Shown: positions 47,436 to 57,139 of the stretch, piece by piece | How the letters are laid out: each line of letters opens with the position of its first letter | Numbering within the stretch: position 1 is the first letter of the stretch | NCBI GenBank assembly: GCA_963799485.1 | Contig: CAWCXJ010000013.1 | Location: 224,001-288,000, forward strand | Reading direction: 5' to 3' | DNA from: an uncultured Trueperaceae bacterium | GTDB lineage: Bacteria > Deinococcota > Deinococci > Deinococcales > Trueperaceae | DNA length: 64,000 bases | Position numbers and translations under genes: made by a program | Notes under the pieces: generated by a model | Seen by the model: only the letters and a program-made list of their open reading frames with translations | Told to the model about the DNA's origin: nothing | Databases searched by the model: none

Positions 47436-48401
47436 TTATTTAGTCGACGCGAGCCGTTCCGGGTGAACCTTCGTCCAATAGCGTTTAAGCCCCATGACCG
47501 TCATCGCGTCGTTACTCGTAATGCTGTGCCGCTCAATTGTTCCCGCCGACGCACCTTCGGCCCCGAGTGCGCCCCGGCTGAGCGCATCAATCCGCGCCGC
47601 TAACGTTTCGTCGTCTTCACCGGCGTTCATGCCATCTAAAATACTCTCGCTCCAGCTTTGGTGTTGGTGCTCGAGTTCCCGAAAATGCTCCGCGACATTC
47701 TCGACCGGGCCGAAGTGCGTGAGCAACAGCTCTTCGGGTTCGACTTGCAACATCGCCTGAATAGAACGGTGCCAGGTCTCTAGATCAGCTTCGGGGGGCG
47801 GCAACGCAGGTCGCACCGTTTCGGCTCCCGGCAAGCGGATTCCGGCGGCGTCCCCCGTAAACATTCGGGTTTTATTTAGCACGTAACTCACGTGATGCGA
47901 GGCGTGACCGGGTGTATAGAGGACGCCGATACGGTGGCCCAAAATCTCCACGGTGTCGCCGTCTCTCACGGGCCGCACTAAGTTTTGCGGCAACGGTTTC
48001 ATCTCGCCCCAGAGCGTGTCCATCTGGTCGCCGTAAATCCGGCCCGCGCTGCTGAGTAACCGGCTCGGGTCGATAAGATGCCCCGCCCCGTTCTCATGGA
48101 CGTACACTTCCGCGCCGTAACGCTGTGCCAACGTCCCGGCAGCCCCGGCATGGTCGAGGTGAATATGCGTGACCAAAACGCTCGTCAGTTTTACGGGGTC
48201 GAAGCCTGCCGCTTGAATCCCGGTCAAAACCGTGTTCAACGTTGACCCCGGCCCCGATTCGATGAGCGCAAAGGTTCCGGCAGCGCCGGGCAGCAAATAC
48301 ACGCCGACGGTTCCGGCGTAGCCCATGTGCTGCGTGTCCAGCAGGAACAGCCCGCCCAAATCTTGCACCGCCGGGATAACGGGTTCGTTTTGACCGCTCA
48401 C
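47436..48401 (-). CDS. MBL-fold metallo-hydrolase
   Basis: THIHLDHAG, TPGHASHH, FTGDAAG and THFG motifs. GTG 48401 overlaps the upstream stop codon. Confidence 0.93.
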   Translation of the reverse strand: MSGQNEPVIPAVQDLGGLFLLDTQHMGYAGTVGVYLLPGAAGTFALIESGPGSTLNTVLTGIQAAGFDPVKLTSVLVTHIHLDHAGAAGTLAQRYGAEVYVHENGAGHLIDPSRLLSSAGRIYGDQMDTLWGEMKPLPQNLVRPVRDGDTVEILGHRIGVLYTPGHASHHVSYVLNKTRMFTGDAAGIRLPGAETVRPALPPPEADLETWHRSIQAMLQVEPEELLLTHFGPVENVAEHFRELEHQHQSWSESILDGMNAGEDDETLAARIDALSRGALGAEGASAGTIERHSITSNDAMTVMGLKRYWTKVHPERLASTK

Positions 48402-49171
48402 GGGACGAGCCGTGCGGACGCTTCGACGACACACTCCAAAGTTCCGATCCCTTCGACGGTGACCTCGAGCTTGTCCCCGACTTGCATCGGCCCCACCCCG
48501 TCCGGCGTGCCGGTCAACACCAAATCTCCGGGTTGCAGCGTTAAAAACGAACTGATATAAGACAATACCTTCGGCACCGGAAAGATCAAATCTGCGGTGT
48601 TGCCGTCTTGTTTCAACTCGCCGTTAAGCCGCGTTTGCACGCTTAGAGAACCCGTGTCCAGGTCGGTCTCGAGCCACGGCCCCACCGGACAAAACCCGTC
48701 GGCAGATTTACCCCTTGCCCACTGCAAATCGCTCCGCTGTTTGTCACGGGCCGTCACGTCTACCGCGCAGGTGTAGCCAAGAACATGCTGCAAAGCCTCC
48801 GCCTCTGACACGTCCCGCATTTCCCGACCGATCACAACGGCTAGCTCACCCTCGAAATGCAGGTTCTGCGTCCAGCTCGGATACGGAACCGGGTCGCCGG
48901 GGTTGGCGAGCGTCCCCAGCGATTTGATAAACAACCCCGGCTCTTTGGGCAGGTCTTCGGCGCTGCCGCCCATCTCGACGACGTGCTTGGCGTAGTTTTT
49001 GCCCACACAGACGATGTTTTTAGGCTCACACGGTGCGAGTAGCGTGACGTCTGAGAGCGTAACGGTGGGGCCGCTGCGTTCACCCAGCAAGTGCGTTAGA
49101 GGGTAGACGGTGCCCCCCTCCAACTCACCCCAACTGACGCCGTTTTCGTCTCTGTACCTGATGCGTTTCAC
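48398..49171 (-). CDS. Fumarylacetoacetate hydrolase family protein
   Basis: IVCVGKNYAKH, EGELAVVIG, DVTARD, GKSADGFCPVGP and GDLVLTGTP motifs. GTG 49171 follows GAGG. Confidence 0.93.
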   Translation of the reverse strand: MKRIRYRDENGVSWGELEGGTVYPLTHLLGERSGPTVTLSDVTLLAPCEPKNIVCVGKNYAKHVVEMGGSAEDLPKEPGLFIKSLGTLANPGDPVPYPSWTQNLHFEGELAVVIGREMRDVSEAEALQHVLGYTCAVDVTARDKQRSDLQWARGKSADGFCPVGPWLETDLDTGSLSVQTRLNGELKQDGNTADLIFPVPKVLSYISSFLTLQPGDLVLTGTPDGVGPMQVGDKLEVTVEGIGTLECVVEASARLVP

Positions 49172-49248
49172 CCTTGACCTCTTTTCAGTTTCCAAATGCT
49201 GCTATCTTAACCGAGTTTGCGCGATAAGAGCGGAGCGAAACCTGTTCG

Positions 49249-50427
49249 TCAGGTTTCCTCGTCGATAAAAAGTACACCGTGCACAAGGTCGCGGCTGTCC
49301 GCCCGACCGCCGAGCGAACCCGCAAGCGTGCCGAACGCGGCGACGAACAGGCTCAACTTGAGGTGGTCGAGCGTCCGCACCGCCGGGTCTACGGTCGGCC
49401 ACGTCTCCATAAGTTGGCGTGGAAAAATTGTAGCGACGCCCAGGTAGACGAGCGCGGCAAAGGCGGCAAAGATAAACAGCATCGTCAGCGTAAGACTGAA
49501 GAGGACGGCTGCGCCGGTGACGACGCTCGACTCGGCTAGACGGCGGCCCCGGCGCAGGGGTGCGCCGAAAGCAAAAGCGCGGTAGAGCGCAAAGGTGCCT
49601 ACTGCGACCGACACCCCCGCAAACAAGATGAGCTGATACAGCTCGACGGTGCTCGCTACGTCCCACATTTCGGGGCTGAAAAATACGACGATGATTACTG
49701 AGAGCGCCGCAGTAATCAGGGTGGGCAGGCGCGTCGCTAAACGCAGCGGGTTCGCCCTCTTTACCGCGTGCGCGATGCTACGCCAGTCTTTTAGAAGCGT
49801 CTGCAACACAAAACTCCAGCGGTTGCCCCGGCTCGAGCGCTCATGGGCTTCGCGCGGCAACGCCAGGCGCACGTGGTTCCGCTGTGCGGGCGTCAGCGTT
49901 GCCATCGCGCCCAGATCGTCTACGTTCTCAAACGCGTACATCGCGTTGTGCGGCCCGTCCGCGTGCGGCAGGTTGAGGAGATGACCGAGGGTATGCAGCA
50001 GGAGGTGATTCAGACGCCGCACCGCGAGCGCCTCGTCTGCCTCTTCCCCCCAAAAGGTGGGCTCGAGCCGCTTGGTCGAGATGACGCCGATGTTGGTCAG
50101 CTGACTCGGCAGGGCGAGGGTATAGGAGAGCGCCGTGGCGGCGAGGTCAACTTCGGTGACGATCAGGAGAAAGTCGGCACTACGCTCGAGCTTTTCGGTC
50201 ATGCCGAGGCGCAAAAAGTCGAGCGGCGCGTAGGCTCCGGCTGCCGGGGTGAGGTGCGGCCCGTCGAAACGGAGCAGGTTGACGCGTAACCCCAGTTCGG
50301 TGCCGAGCGCCTCGTCAAACGCCGTCACTGCCGCGTTCGCCAGCCTCTCGAAACGCTCCGAGTGCTTGCCCTCCACGTCTATCGTCATCACGCCGACGAC
50401 GTAGTTACGGCTTTTAGCCTCAGACAC
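49249..50427 (-). CDS. Zincin-like (archaemetzincin-like) domain plus about 4 TM membrane protein
   Basis: GVISTKRL and LLHTLGHLLNLPH...NAM (HExxHxxGxxH-like with E replaced by T, plus a Met-turn), followed by four hydrophobic helices. Confidence 0.6.
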   Translation of the reverse strand: MSEAKSRNYVVGVMTIDVEGKHSERFERLANAAVTAFDEALGTELGLRVNLLRFDGPHLTPAAGAYAPLDFLRLGMTEKLERSADFLLIVTEVDLAATALSYTLALPSQLTNIGVISTKRLEPTFWGEEADEALAVRRLNHLLLHTLGHLLNLPHADGPHNAMYAFENVDDLGAMATLTPAQRNHVRLALPREAHERSSRGNRWSFVLQTLLKDWRSIAHAVKRANPLRLATRLPTLITAALSVIIVVFFSPEMWDVASTVELYQLILFAGVSVAVGTFALYRAFAFGAPLRRGRRLAESSVVTGAAVLFSLTLTMLFIFAAFAALVYLGVATIFPRQLMETWPTVDPAVRTLDHLKLSLFVAAFGTLAGSLGGRADSRDLVHGVLFIDEET

Positions 50428-50582
50428 GGTTGCTCACTGAGCTGAGTATACGTTACGCGCCTATACCAAGCCCCGGTTCACGCCGTTTTCGTTGCGGTAG
50501 CGGATACGTTTATACGTTTCATGGTTTACCCCTTTCTAGCCACTGCTATCTCAGAAGGGAGTGTTGGTTGAGAAGTCTTTTG

Positions 50583-51482
50583 CTACCGGTTCATAAATGT
50601 ACTAATTGCCGCGACAATTTGCGGAAGATTGGCAGCTACCTGACTACTAGCAACACTGGCTGTGAAGTTGCCGAGCCAAGCTTTTACGCTATCCCCAATT
50701 CCGCGATGTCCACTTTGTTGGTCAGCTATTACAGCTTGCTCGAGCTTTTCAAGGCTTTTCTGCTCCACACCCAAATCTTGCAGGCGGAAAAGCAAACTGT
50801 CTAAATCCTCTATGGTTTTAGTAACAGCTTGTGTAAACTCACGTCCACTCGCTACCGTGTTTTCATCGCCATATATATAATTGTTTACAAGAACCTGAGC
50901 AGTTTGACTTGTGTTAGAATCCGGCGCGCTTTCTGATATATCAAGGTTGGGGTACTGCTCTCGTAACTCCATCAAAAATGTGAGTAATCTATTCCGAGTA
51001 TTATCTAAGATTGTTTGTACCGACACACGTCCTATGTTTCTCTGAGCATCTACATAGACTCCGGGACGATTTTTTTGCTGAAGTTCAAAATTCAGCATCG
51101 TTAGCATGTCGGATGGCCAACTTGCCTTAATGTTATCGCCGTGGTCGTTCTGAAGCAAACCCTGAATACTTGAGACAGATTGCCCGATACTGATGTGTTC
51201 AGCAAAATCTCTCAATTCATCTGATAGGAGAAACAAAGGAATAGGACGATTATGGATTATAGAAGTTATCCCATCGGTGAACGTTCCTACGCTCTGCACG
51301 TTTATATCAGTCCTATACTCCGGCATTATCATACTGCTGTTGTAACCGTTGATTTCTCCCTCAAGCCAAACCTTGAGGTTATCCGCGTGAAGGTTGTAGG
51401 CAAGCACTTTCGCCTTGAGTAATACGGAGTTGAGGGTTACTTGGTCATCAACTACTTGGTTAATAAGCTCATTCAAGGTCAC
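50583..51482 (-). CDS. AbiTii-domain protein (putative abortive infection/anti-phage)
   Basis: N-terminal VLLKAKVLAYNL...WLEGEINGY...PEYR and ILDNTRNRLLTFLMEL match the AbiTii pattern as recalled. Markedly AT-rich. Confidence 0.72.
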   Translation of the reverse strand: MTLNELINQVVDDQVTLNSVLLKAKVLAYNLHADNLKVWLEGEINGYNSSMIMPEYRTDINVQSVGTFTDGITSIIHNRPIPLFLLSDELRDFAEHISIGQSVSSIQGLLQNDHGDNIKASWPSDMLTMLNFELQQKNRPGVYVDAQRNIGRVSVQTILDNTRNRLLTFLMELREQYPNLDISESAPDSNTSQTAQVLVNNYIYGDENTVASGREFTQAVTKTIEDLDSLLFRLQDLGVEQKSLEKLEQAVIADQQSGHRGIGDSVKAWLGNFTASVASSQVAANLPQIVAAISTFMNR

Positions 51483-51604
51483 TAGAACTCGAGTTTACTA
51501 TGGATTAAGAAAGTATCTCTTTGAATTGTGGCAAGAAACTCAAACACTGCTGCTCGCAATCTCGATAAAGTTTCTTGCCACAAATTCAAGCCTAAAGTCT
51601 ATTG

Positions 51605-52435
51605 CTAGTCTTTCACCGCCCCCGCCGTAATCCCCGCAACAAAAAACCGCTGCAAGAATAAAAACAGGATCAAAAACGGCACGGTCATCAAAACAGCCCC
51701 GACCATGATCCCGCCCCATGACACCCGCGTCAGTCCGAGCAGTGTTCCCAGCGCGACGGGCGCGGTGTACATCGTTTTTTCGGTCAAGATTAAGAGCGGC
51801 CAGAGGTAATCGTTCCACGCGGTCAGGAACAAGATGATGCCCAAAGCTGCCATTGCCGAGGAGACGAGTGGCAGGGCAATCTGAAAGAAGATGCGGTATT
51901 CGCCTGCGCCGTCAACGCGGGCGGCGTCGAGCAAACTTTGCGGCAACGACAAGAAGTTCTGCCGCATAAAGAAGATCCCGAGTGAGTTGGCCAAGAGCGG
52001 CAGCACCACACCGATGTACGAGTTCGTCAGGGAAAACTCGCGGGCGACCAAGATGTACTGCGGAATCACCACGACGAAATACGGGATGGTCAGCGTCGCA
52101 ATGACAATCGTAAAGATGGCGGCCCGACCGATAAACTGAAAGCGGGCGAAAGCGTAGCCGGCCATGCTCGTCAGGAGCAGCGACAGCAGCGTGTAAATGC
52201 CTGAAATCATCACACTGTTTAGAAGCGTGCGGAGAAAATCGGTATCGGCCTGCAGGTCTCGCAGGTTTGCCATAAACTCGCCGCCGGGTAAGAGCGGAAC
52301 GGGAGTGCTGAAGATTTGCGGCTCGAGCACCGTCGAAAACACAACCATCAGCCAAATCGGGGCGAGCCATAAGAGGGCCAGCGGCGTCAGCAAGAGGTGC
52401 AGCCAGAAACGCCCGATAAAATTTGCGCGTTTCAC
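51605..52435 (-). CDS. Carbohydrate ABC transporter permease
   Basis: AGYAFAR and EAA loop LLDAARVDGAGE; WNDYLWP. Confidence 0.95.
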   Translation of the reverse strand: MKRANFIGRFWLHLLLTPLALLWLAPIWLMVVFSTVLEPQIFSTPVPLLPGGEFMANLRDLQADTDFLRTLLNSVMISGIYTLLSLLLTSMAGYAFARFQFIGRAAIFTIVIATLTIPYFVVVIPQYILVAREFSLTNSYIGVVLPLLANSLGIFFMRQNFLSLPQSLLDAARVDGAGEYRIFFQIALPLVSSAMAALGIILFLTAWNDYLWPLLILTEKTMYTAPVALGTLLGLTRVSWGGIMVGAVLMTVPFLILFLFLQRFFVAGITAGAVKD

Positions 52436-53292
52436 GAGGCGTCCCCGCCGAAAATCCGCAGTTGCAGCGCCGAAAAGATGACCGCCAGAAGTGCAATCGC
52501 GTAGCCGATGGCCGAAGCGTAGCCGAAGTTAAACGACCTGAAGCCCTGCTGATACAGGTATACGCCTAAAGTCAGGGTGGCGTTACCGGGGCCACCGCCG
52601 GTAATCAGGAACGGTTCGGTAAAGAGTTGCAGCGTGCCGATGACCGATAAGACGAGGGCAAAGAGGAGAATCGGGCGTAAAAGTGGCAAGGTAATGCCCC
52701 AGAACTGCTGCCACGGGTTGGCACCGTCGATTTTGGCGGCTTCGTAAAGCTCCAAGGGGATGTTTTGCAACCCTGCCAAGATGATAATCGCGTTGTAGCC
52801 CGTCCAGCGCCAGGTGACAGTCAGGATGATCAGGATAAACGCCGGGACGGGTGCATTGAGCCAGTCGATACGCGGCAAGCCGATGCCGGTCAAGGCAGCG
52901 TTGACTGCGCCGTTTTGGGTGTTGAACAGCAGCCGAAACACCGCCGAATACGCAACCGACCCGACGACGACGGGCGCGAAAAAGGCGAAGCGGTAAAAGC
53001 CTTTGAGTTTTAACAGTGGCGAGTTGAGGCCGACGGCGAGTCCGGTGGCTAAGAGCAGCATCGCCGGAACCTGAACAGCCAAGATAATGACGGTGTTCCG
53101 AAACGCCTGCCGGAAAAATGGGTCGCTCAAGATGCGGCCCCAGTTCGCGCCGGGTTCCCACGCCCAGGGGAAGCCGCGTGTATCTAGAAACGACAGGTAG
53201 ACCGAATAGATAATAGGCCACGCCCAGAAGAGCAAAAAAATAGCGAGATACGGGAGCAAGAACGTATAGGGGACAAGGCGGTTACGCTGCAT
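52432..53292 (-). CDS. Carbohydrate ABC transporter permease
   Basis: LAGLQNIPLELYEAAKIDGA, ITLPLL and FGYASA motifs. Confidence 0.95.
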   Translation of the reverse strand: MQRNRLVPYTFLLPYLAIFLLFWAWPIIYSVYLSFLDTRGFPWAWEPGANWGRILSDPFFRQAFRNTVIILAVQVPAMLLLATGLAVGLNSPLLKLKGFYRFAFFAPVVVGSVAYSAVFRLLFNTQNGAVNAALTGIGLPRIDWLNAPVPAFILIILTVTWRWTGYNAIIILAGLQNIPLELYEAAKIDGANPWQQFWGITLPLLRPILLFALVLSVIGTLQLFTEPFLITGGGPGNATLTLGVYLYQQGFRSFNFGYASAIGYAIALLAVIFSALQLRIFGGDAS

Positions 53293-53345
53293 AAGACCTC
53301 CGCGAGGGATGAATTTTGGTGCGCTTTAAGTGTACTCGAGCTAAA

Positions 53346-53377
53346 GCGTCGGCACCCCGTTTTGCAGGTGCCGACGC
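53346..53377. terminator. Intercistronic stem-loop after the solute-binding protein gene
   Basis: GCGTCGGCACC-10 nt-GGTGCCGACGC, an 11-bp stem. This position is typical of an mRNA-stabilising or attenuating hairpin. Confidence 0.7.
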
Positions 53378-53407
53378 CCAAGTTAGCTAAACCTGTTGAC
53401 TGAAACG

Positions 53408-54691
53408 CTACTGACCGGCAACGGGTAAACCGGTGGCTCCGGCAATCTGCTCGGCGGCGTTGTCCATTGCCGCCTGCGCGCTGTCATAGGTGCCTTCGGT
53501 GAGGTACTGCGACAGGGTATTGGTGACAATCTGCCGCGCCTCTTGGAAGTACTGCGTGCCGCGTGCCTGCGGAATCTCACCGAGTGTCGCCAAGATGTCT
53601 TCCCAGATGGGCTGGTCGCCCCAGTAGGGGACGCCTTCTTGAACGTAAGGGTCGTCTAACGCCGGCAAGAACGAGGGCACCAAACCGTAGTTCTCGAGCA
53701 TTCCGACCTGACCCTGCGTCGTTGCCAGCGCGTAGTCGATAAACGCCATCGCCGCTTCGGGATTGTCCGAAGACGTCGGAATCGCTAGCGCCGAACCGCC
53801 CAGGTTGGCAGCGCGGACGCCACCCGCCTCAGAGGCCGGCATCGGGTAAACACCCCAGTTGCCCGACTGATCGGGGGCGTTACTCTGAATCGTGCCGACG
53901 TACCAACCGCCGAACACTGCGCCCGCCAGGTTGTTGTTTTTAATCGCCTGAATCGCGCCGTTCCAATCGACGATGCTTGCGACTTCAGCGTCGTAAAGCT
54001 TTTTCATCGTTTCCATCGCCGTCACACACCCCGGTTGATTGGCAGTGATGGTTTCGCCCGCGTCGTCGAAGTAAAAGCAGCCGTTCTGGTTGGCTAACTC
54101 GCGCCACACGCCGTCGTCGGAAAAGTCGAACCAGAGCATCTTCGCGCCGGTTGCTTCGTCGAGCTTTTGCCCGGCAGCGATAAAGTCGTCCCAGGTTTCG
54201 ATGTCGTCGGGGTTGATCCCGGCTTGTTCGTACAAGTCGCGGCGATAAAAGGTCACGACCGGGCCGGAGTCCCAGGGAACCGCAAAAACCTGATCGCCGA
54301 CGCTCAGCTCCGTCCATTTGAAGTCGGGGAACTGGTCGCGGAGGTCGCCCGCGCCCATCGTATTGAGGTCGGTAAAGCAGCCGGGGAAGCGGTTCCAGAA
54401 GACTTCGGCTTCGTTGTTTTCAACGGCGTACACGTCGGGCAAATCCGCGCCGCCCGCCGCACATCCGGCTAAGCCCCGGTCGTAAACTTGCTGGTTGCCT
54501 AAATTTTCAACCGTGACGTTGACGTTCGGATACTCCTGGTTAAAGCCTTCGACGGCACCTTGAAGGGCTTCGGCGGCGACGTCCCAGGCCATGACGGTGA
54601 TGTCTCCCGAAAGGTCGGTATTTTGCGCGGCAGCGAGTGGCAACGCAGCAGTGCCGAGTAAGAGAAGACTTGCAGCGAGTGTCTTTTTCAT
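53408..54691 (-). CDS. Sugar ABC transporter substrate-binding protein
   Basis: Signal peptide with FNQEYPNVNV, PWDSGP, FYRRDL, TWDDFIAAG and GGSALAI motifs. Confidence 0.93.
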   Translation of the reverse strand: MKKTLAASLLLLGTAALPLAAAQNTDLSGDITVMAWDVAAEALQGAVEGFNQEYPNVNVTVENLGNQQVYDRGLAGCAAGGADLPDVYAVENNEAEVFWNRFPGCFTDLNTMGAGDLRDQFPDFKWTELSVGDQVFAVPWDSGPVVTFYRRDLYEQAGINPDDIETWDDFIAAGQKLDEATGAKMLWFDFSDDGVWRELANQNGCFYFDDAGETITANQPGCVTAMETMKKLYDAEVASIVDWNGAIQAIKNNNLAGAVFGGWYVGTIQSNAPDQSGNWGVYPMPASEAGGVRAANLGGSALAIPTSSDNPEAAMAFIDYALATTQGQVGMLENYGLVPSFLPALDDPYVQEGVPYWGDQPIWEDILATLGEIPQARGTQYFQEARQIVTNTLSQYLTEGTYDSAQAAMDNAAEQIAGATGLPVAGQ

Positions 54692-54759
54692 TTTTTGCTC
54701 CTTAATGACTCGAGAAAAGGTAAAAGGTTCGTTTCGTAACTGTCACGATGTTAGTCCAT

Positions 54760-56793
54760 CTAAACCCCCTCTGCCGGGACGACTTCAGGAACATCCTCAG
54801 CTGGAGATACGGCTGTACGGCGTAAAAAACGGACGCCGTAAGGGGGTAGCGAAACCTGCTTTACGGCGTCGCCCCCGCCCAAAGCGGTCGCCGTTTGGGA
54901 GAGTTCGAGCCGGGTTTCGGCGGCGGTGTGGTTTAGGAGGATGAGATAGTCAGCACCCTCGGCGGTGCGGTTTACGGCTTCGACACCTTCAGGAAAACGT
55001 TCTGCCTTGACGCCCGCCCGCGCACACGCTCTTTCCAGTACCCACGCCGTACCTGCGGGCTCGAGTCTCGTCCCTACATAAAAGCTCAAGCCCTTCCCAA
55101 ACGCGTGCTGCGTCACCGCCGGACGCCCTGCGTAAAAACCACTTTCAAAGGTCGCCAGCACTTCCGCGCCCTCCAGGGTAATCACATCGGCCCAGAGGTC
55201 GGCGGAGAACGTCTGCTCGCCTTTTACAGCGGTTTTTACGGTGGTCGTTACCCCGACGGGTAGCGCGTCGAACTCTTCAACCCTGAGCCCCAAGAGTTTA
55301 CGGAACGGAGCCGGATACCCGCCCAGCCGAATCTGGTCGTTTTCGTCTACGATGCCGCTGAAAAAACCCAGCACCAGCGTGCCGCCGTTTTGGATGTAAC
55401 GCTCCAAGTTCGCCGCCGCCTCATCCCGAACGAGGTACAAGTTGGGCGCGACGACGAGTTTATAAGCCGACAAGTCGGCGTCCGGTTTGACGAAGTTTAC
55501 GGTGATGTTTCTCTGCCAGAGCGCCCGGTAAAAGCTGTAAACTTGCTCCAGATAACGCACGTCTTCGCTCGGGCGAGCGTCGAGTTCTAAAGCCCACCAC
55601 GTTTCCCAGTCGAATAGAAGCGCGACTTCGGCTTGGACGCGGGACTCCAAAACCTCTCCCAAACCCCCGAGTTCTTGTCCCAAATCTCTAACTTCGTGCC
55701 ACGTCCGGGTGTCGGTGCCGCCGTGCGGCACCATCCCGCTGTGAAACTTTTCGGCCCCGGCTTTAGACTGCCGCCACTGAAAAAACATCACGCCGCGTGC
55801 GCCCCGCGCCACCGCCTGCAAGCTCCAGAGCCGCATCACACCGGGCGCTTTGAGGCTGTTACGCCCGCGCCACTGCACCTGACTCGGAGCCTGCTCCATC
55901 AAAATCCACGGCGCACCCCCTTTCAGTGAGCGCATCACGTCGCTCTGAAACGCGGCGTAGATTCCAGCCTCGGCGTTGCCGGGGTCGGGGTACGAATCGT
56001 TTGAGACCATATCGAGTTCTTGCGCCCAGCGCCACTCGTCGAGCGGTTTATGAACGCCGATAAAGTTGCTCGTGGCCGGAACCTCGGGCGTGACGTCGCG
56101 TAAAATCTCGCGCTCCATCTGATAAAGGGACAACAGGGCGTCGCTGCAAAACCTGCGCCAGTCGAGCTGCTCTGTCGGGTTGAGCAAGGTCGGGGCGGCA
56201 GCGGGCGGCGACACCTCTTCCCAGGCGTAGTAGGTCTGGCTCCAAAACGACGTGCCCCACGCTTCGTTGAGCTTTTCAACGGTGCCGTAACGCTCTCTCA
56301 GCCACACTCTGAACGCCTGCGCTGAATCCTCATCGAACGACTCGTAAACGTGGCAACCGTATTCGTTGTTGATGTGCCAGAGCTTGAGCGCCGGGTGTTT
56401 GCCGTAACGCTCCGCCAGCTTGCGCACGAGGTTGGCAGCGAGACGCTGATAGTCGGGGCTCGAGGGGCTGTACTGCTGCCGTGACCCGACGCCCAACCTC
56501 ACACCGTTTTTGGTGACGGGCAAACTTTGCGGATATTTACGGGCCAGCCACGGCGGTGGCGCGGCGGTTGCGGTCGCTAGACACACGCCGATACCGTTTT
56601 CGTAGAGCAAATCCAGCAGCCTGTCTAACCAGGCAAAGTCGTAACGGCCTTCTTCAGGCTCGAGCTTCGACCACGCAAATATCGCTACGCTGACCAGATT
56701 GACGCCCGCTTCGCGCATGAGCCGGACGTCTTCTTGCCAGACCGTTTCGGGCCACTGTTCGGGGTTGTAGTCGCCGCCGTAAAAAATGTCCAT
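54760..56793 (-). CDS. Beta-galactosidase, GH42
   Basis: YGGDYNPEQW, WHINNEYGC, WGTSFWSQ, WILMEQ and FFQWRQS...EKFHSG motifs. Confidence 0.95.
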   Translation of the reverse strand: MDIFYGGDYNPEQWPETVWQEDVRLMREAGVNLVSVAIFAWSKLEPEEGRYDFAWLDRLLDLLYENGIGVCLATATAAPPPWLARKYPQSLPVTKNGVRLGVGSRQQYSPSSPDYQRLAANLVRKLAERYGKHPALKLWHINNEYGCHVYESFDEDSAQAFRVWLRERYGTVEKLNEAWGTSFWSQTYYAWEEVSPPAAAPTLLNPTEQLDWRRFCSDALLSLYQMEREILRDVTPEVPATSNFIGVHKPLDEWRWAQELDMVSNDSYPDPGNAEAGIYAAFQSDVMRSLKGGAPWILMEQAPSQVQWRGRNSLKAPGVMRLWSLQAVARGARGVMFFQWRQSKAGAEKFHSGMVPHGGTDTRTWHEVRDLGQELGGLGEVLESRVQAEVALLFDWETWWALELDARPSEDVRYLEQVYSFYRALWQRNITVNFVKPDADLSAYKLVVAPNLYLVRDEAAANLERYIQNGGTLVLGFFSGIVDENDQIRLGGYPAPFRKLLGLRVEEFDALPVGVTTTVKTAVKGEQTFSADLWADVITLEGAEVLATFESGFYAGRPAVTQHAFGKGLSFYVGTRLEPAGTAWVLERACARAGVKAERFPEGVEAVNRTAEGADYLILLNHTAAETRLELSQTATALGGGDAVKQVSLPPYGVRFLRRTAVSPAEDVPEVVPAEGV

Positions 56794-56843
56794 TACCCAA
56801 CCTCGGTTTGAAGGTCACAACGTTGAAGACTTTATGCCTGCTT

Positions 56844-56859
56844 AAGTGACCGGTCACTT
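56844..56859. promoter_or_regulatory. LacI-family-like operator
   Basis: Perfect palindrome AAGTGACCGGTCACTT with a central CG, just downstream of the promoter of the GH42/ABC operon. Confidence 0.75.
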
Positions 56860-56871
56860 TTTAGATGACTT

Positions 56872-56900
56872 AGGGTAGCACATTACCAAATAGCTGTCAA
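56872..56900 (-). promoter_or_regulatory. sigma70 promoter of the galactoside operon
   Basis: Minus strand TTGACA-17 nt-TACCCT with a TG extension. Confidence 0.75.
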
Positions 56901-57139
56901 TTTCGTCTTTATGAGGTGTCGGTGAAACTTCGTCTAGCCTCGGCACTTAATCTCGGTCAGCCGAACGGTACCTTTAACCCGGTGGGAGGGTGGTGACACA
57001 GGTTGTCTACGGGTTGTCTACCTTGCAACGAGCAACGACGGTTGACGTAAAGCTGCTACGGTTTCCCGGTCGAGCCGCGCTTTAGGAACCGGTCGCAAAG
57101 AGGATTGGGACGAGCTGCTACGCCTGGAACGGGGACAAC

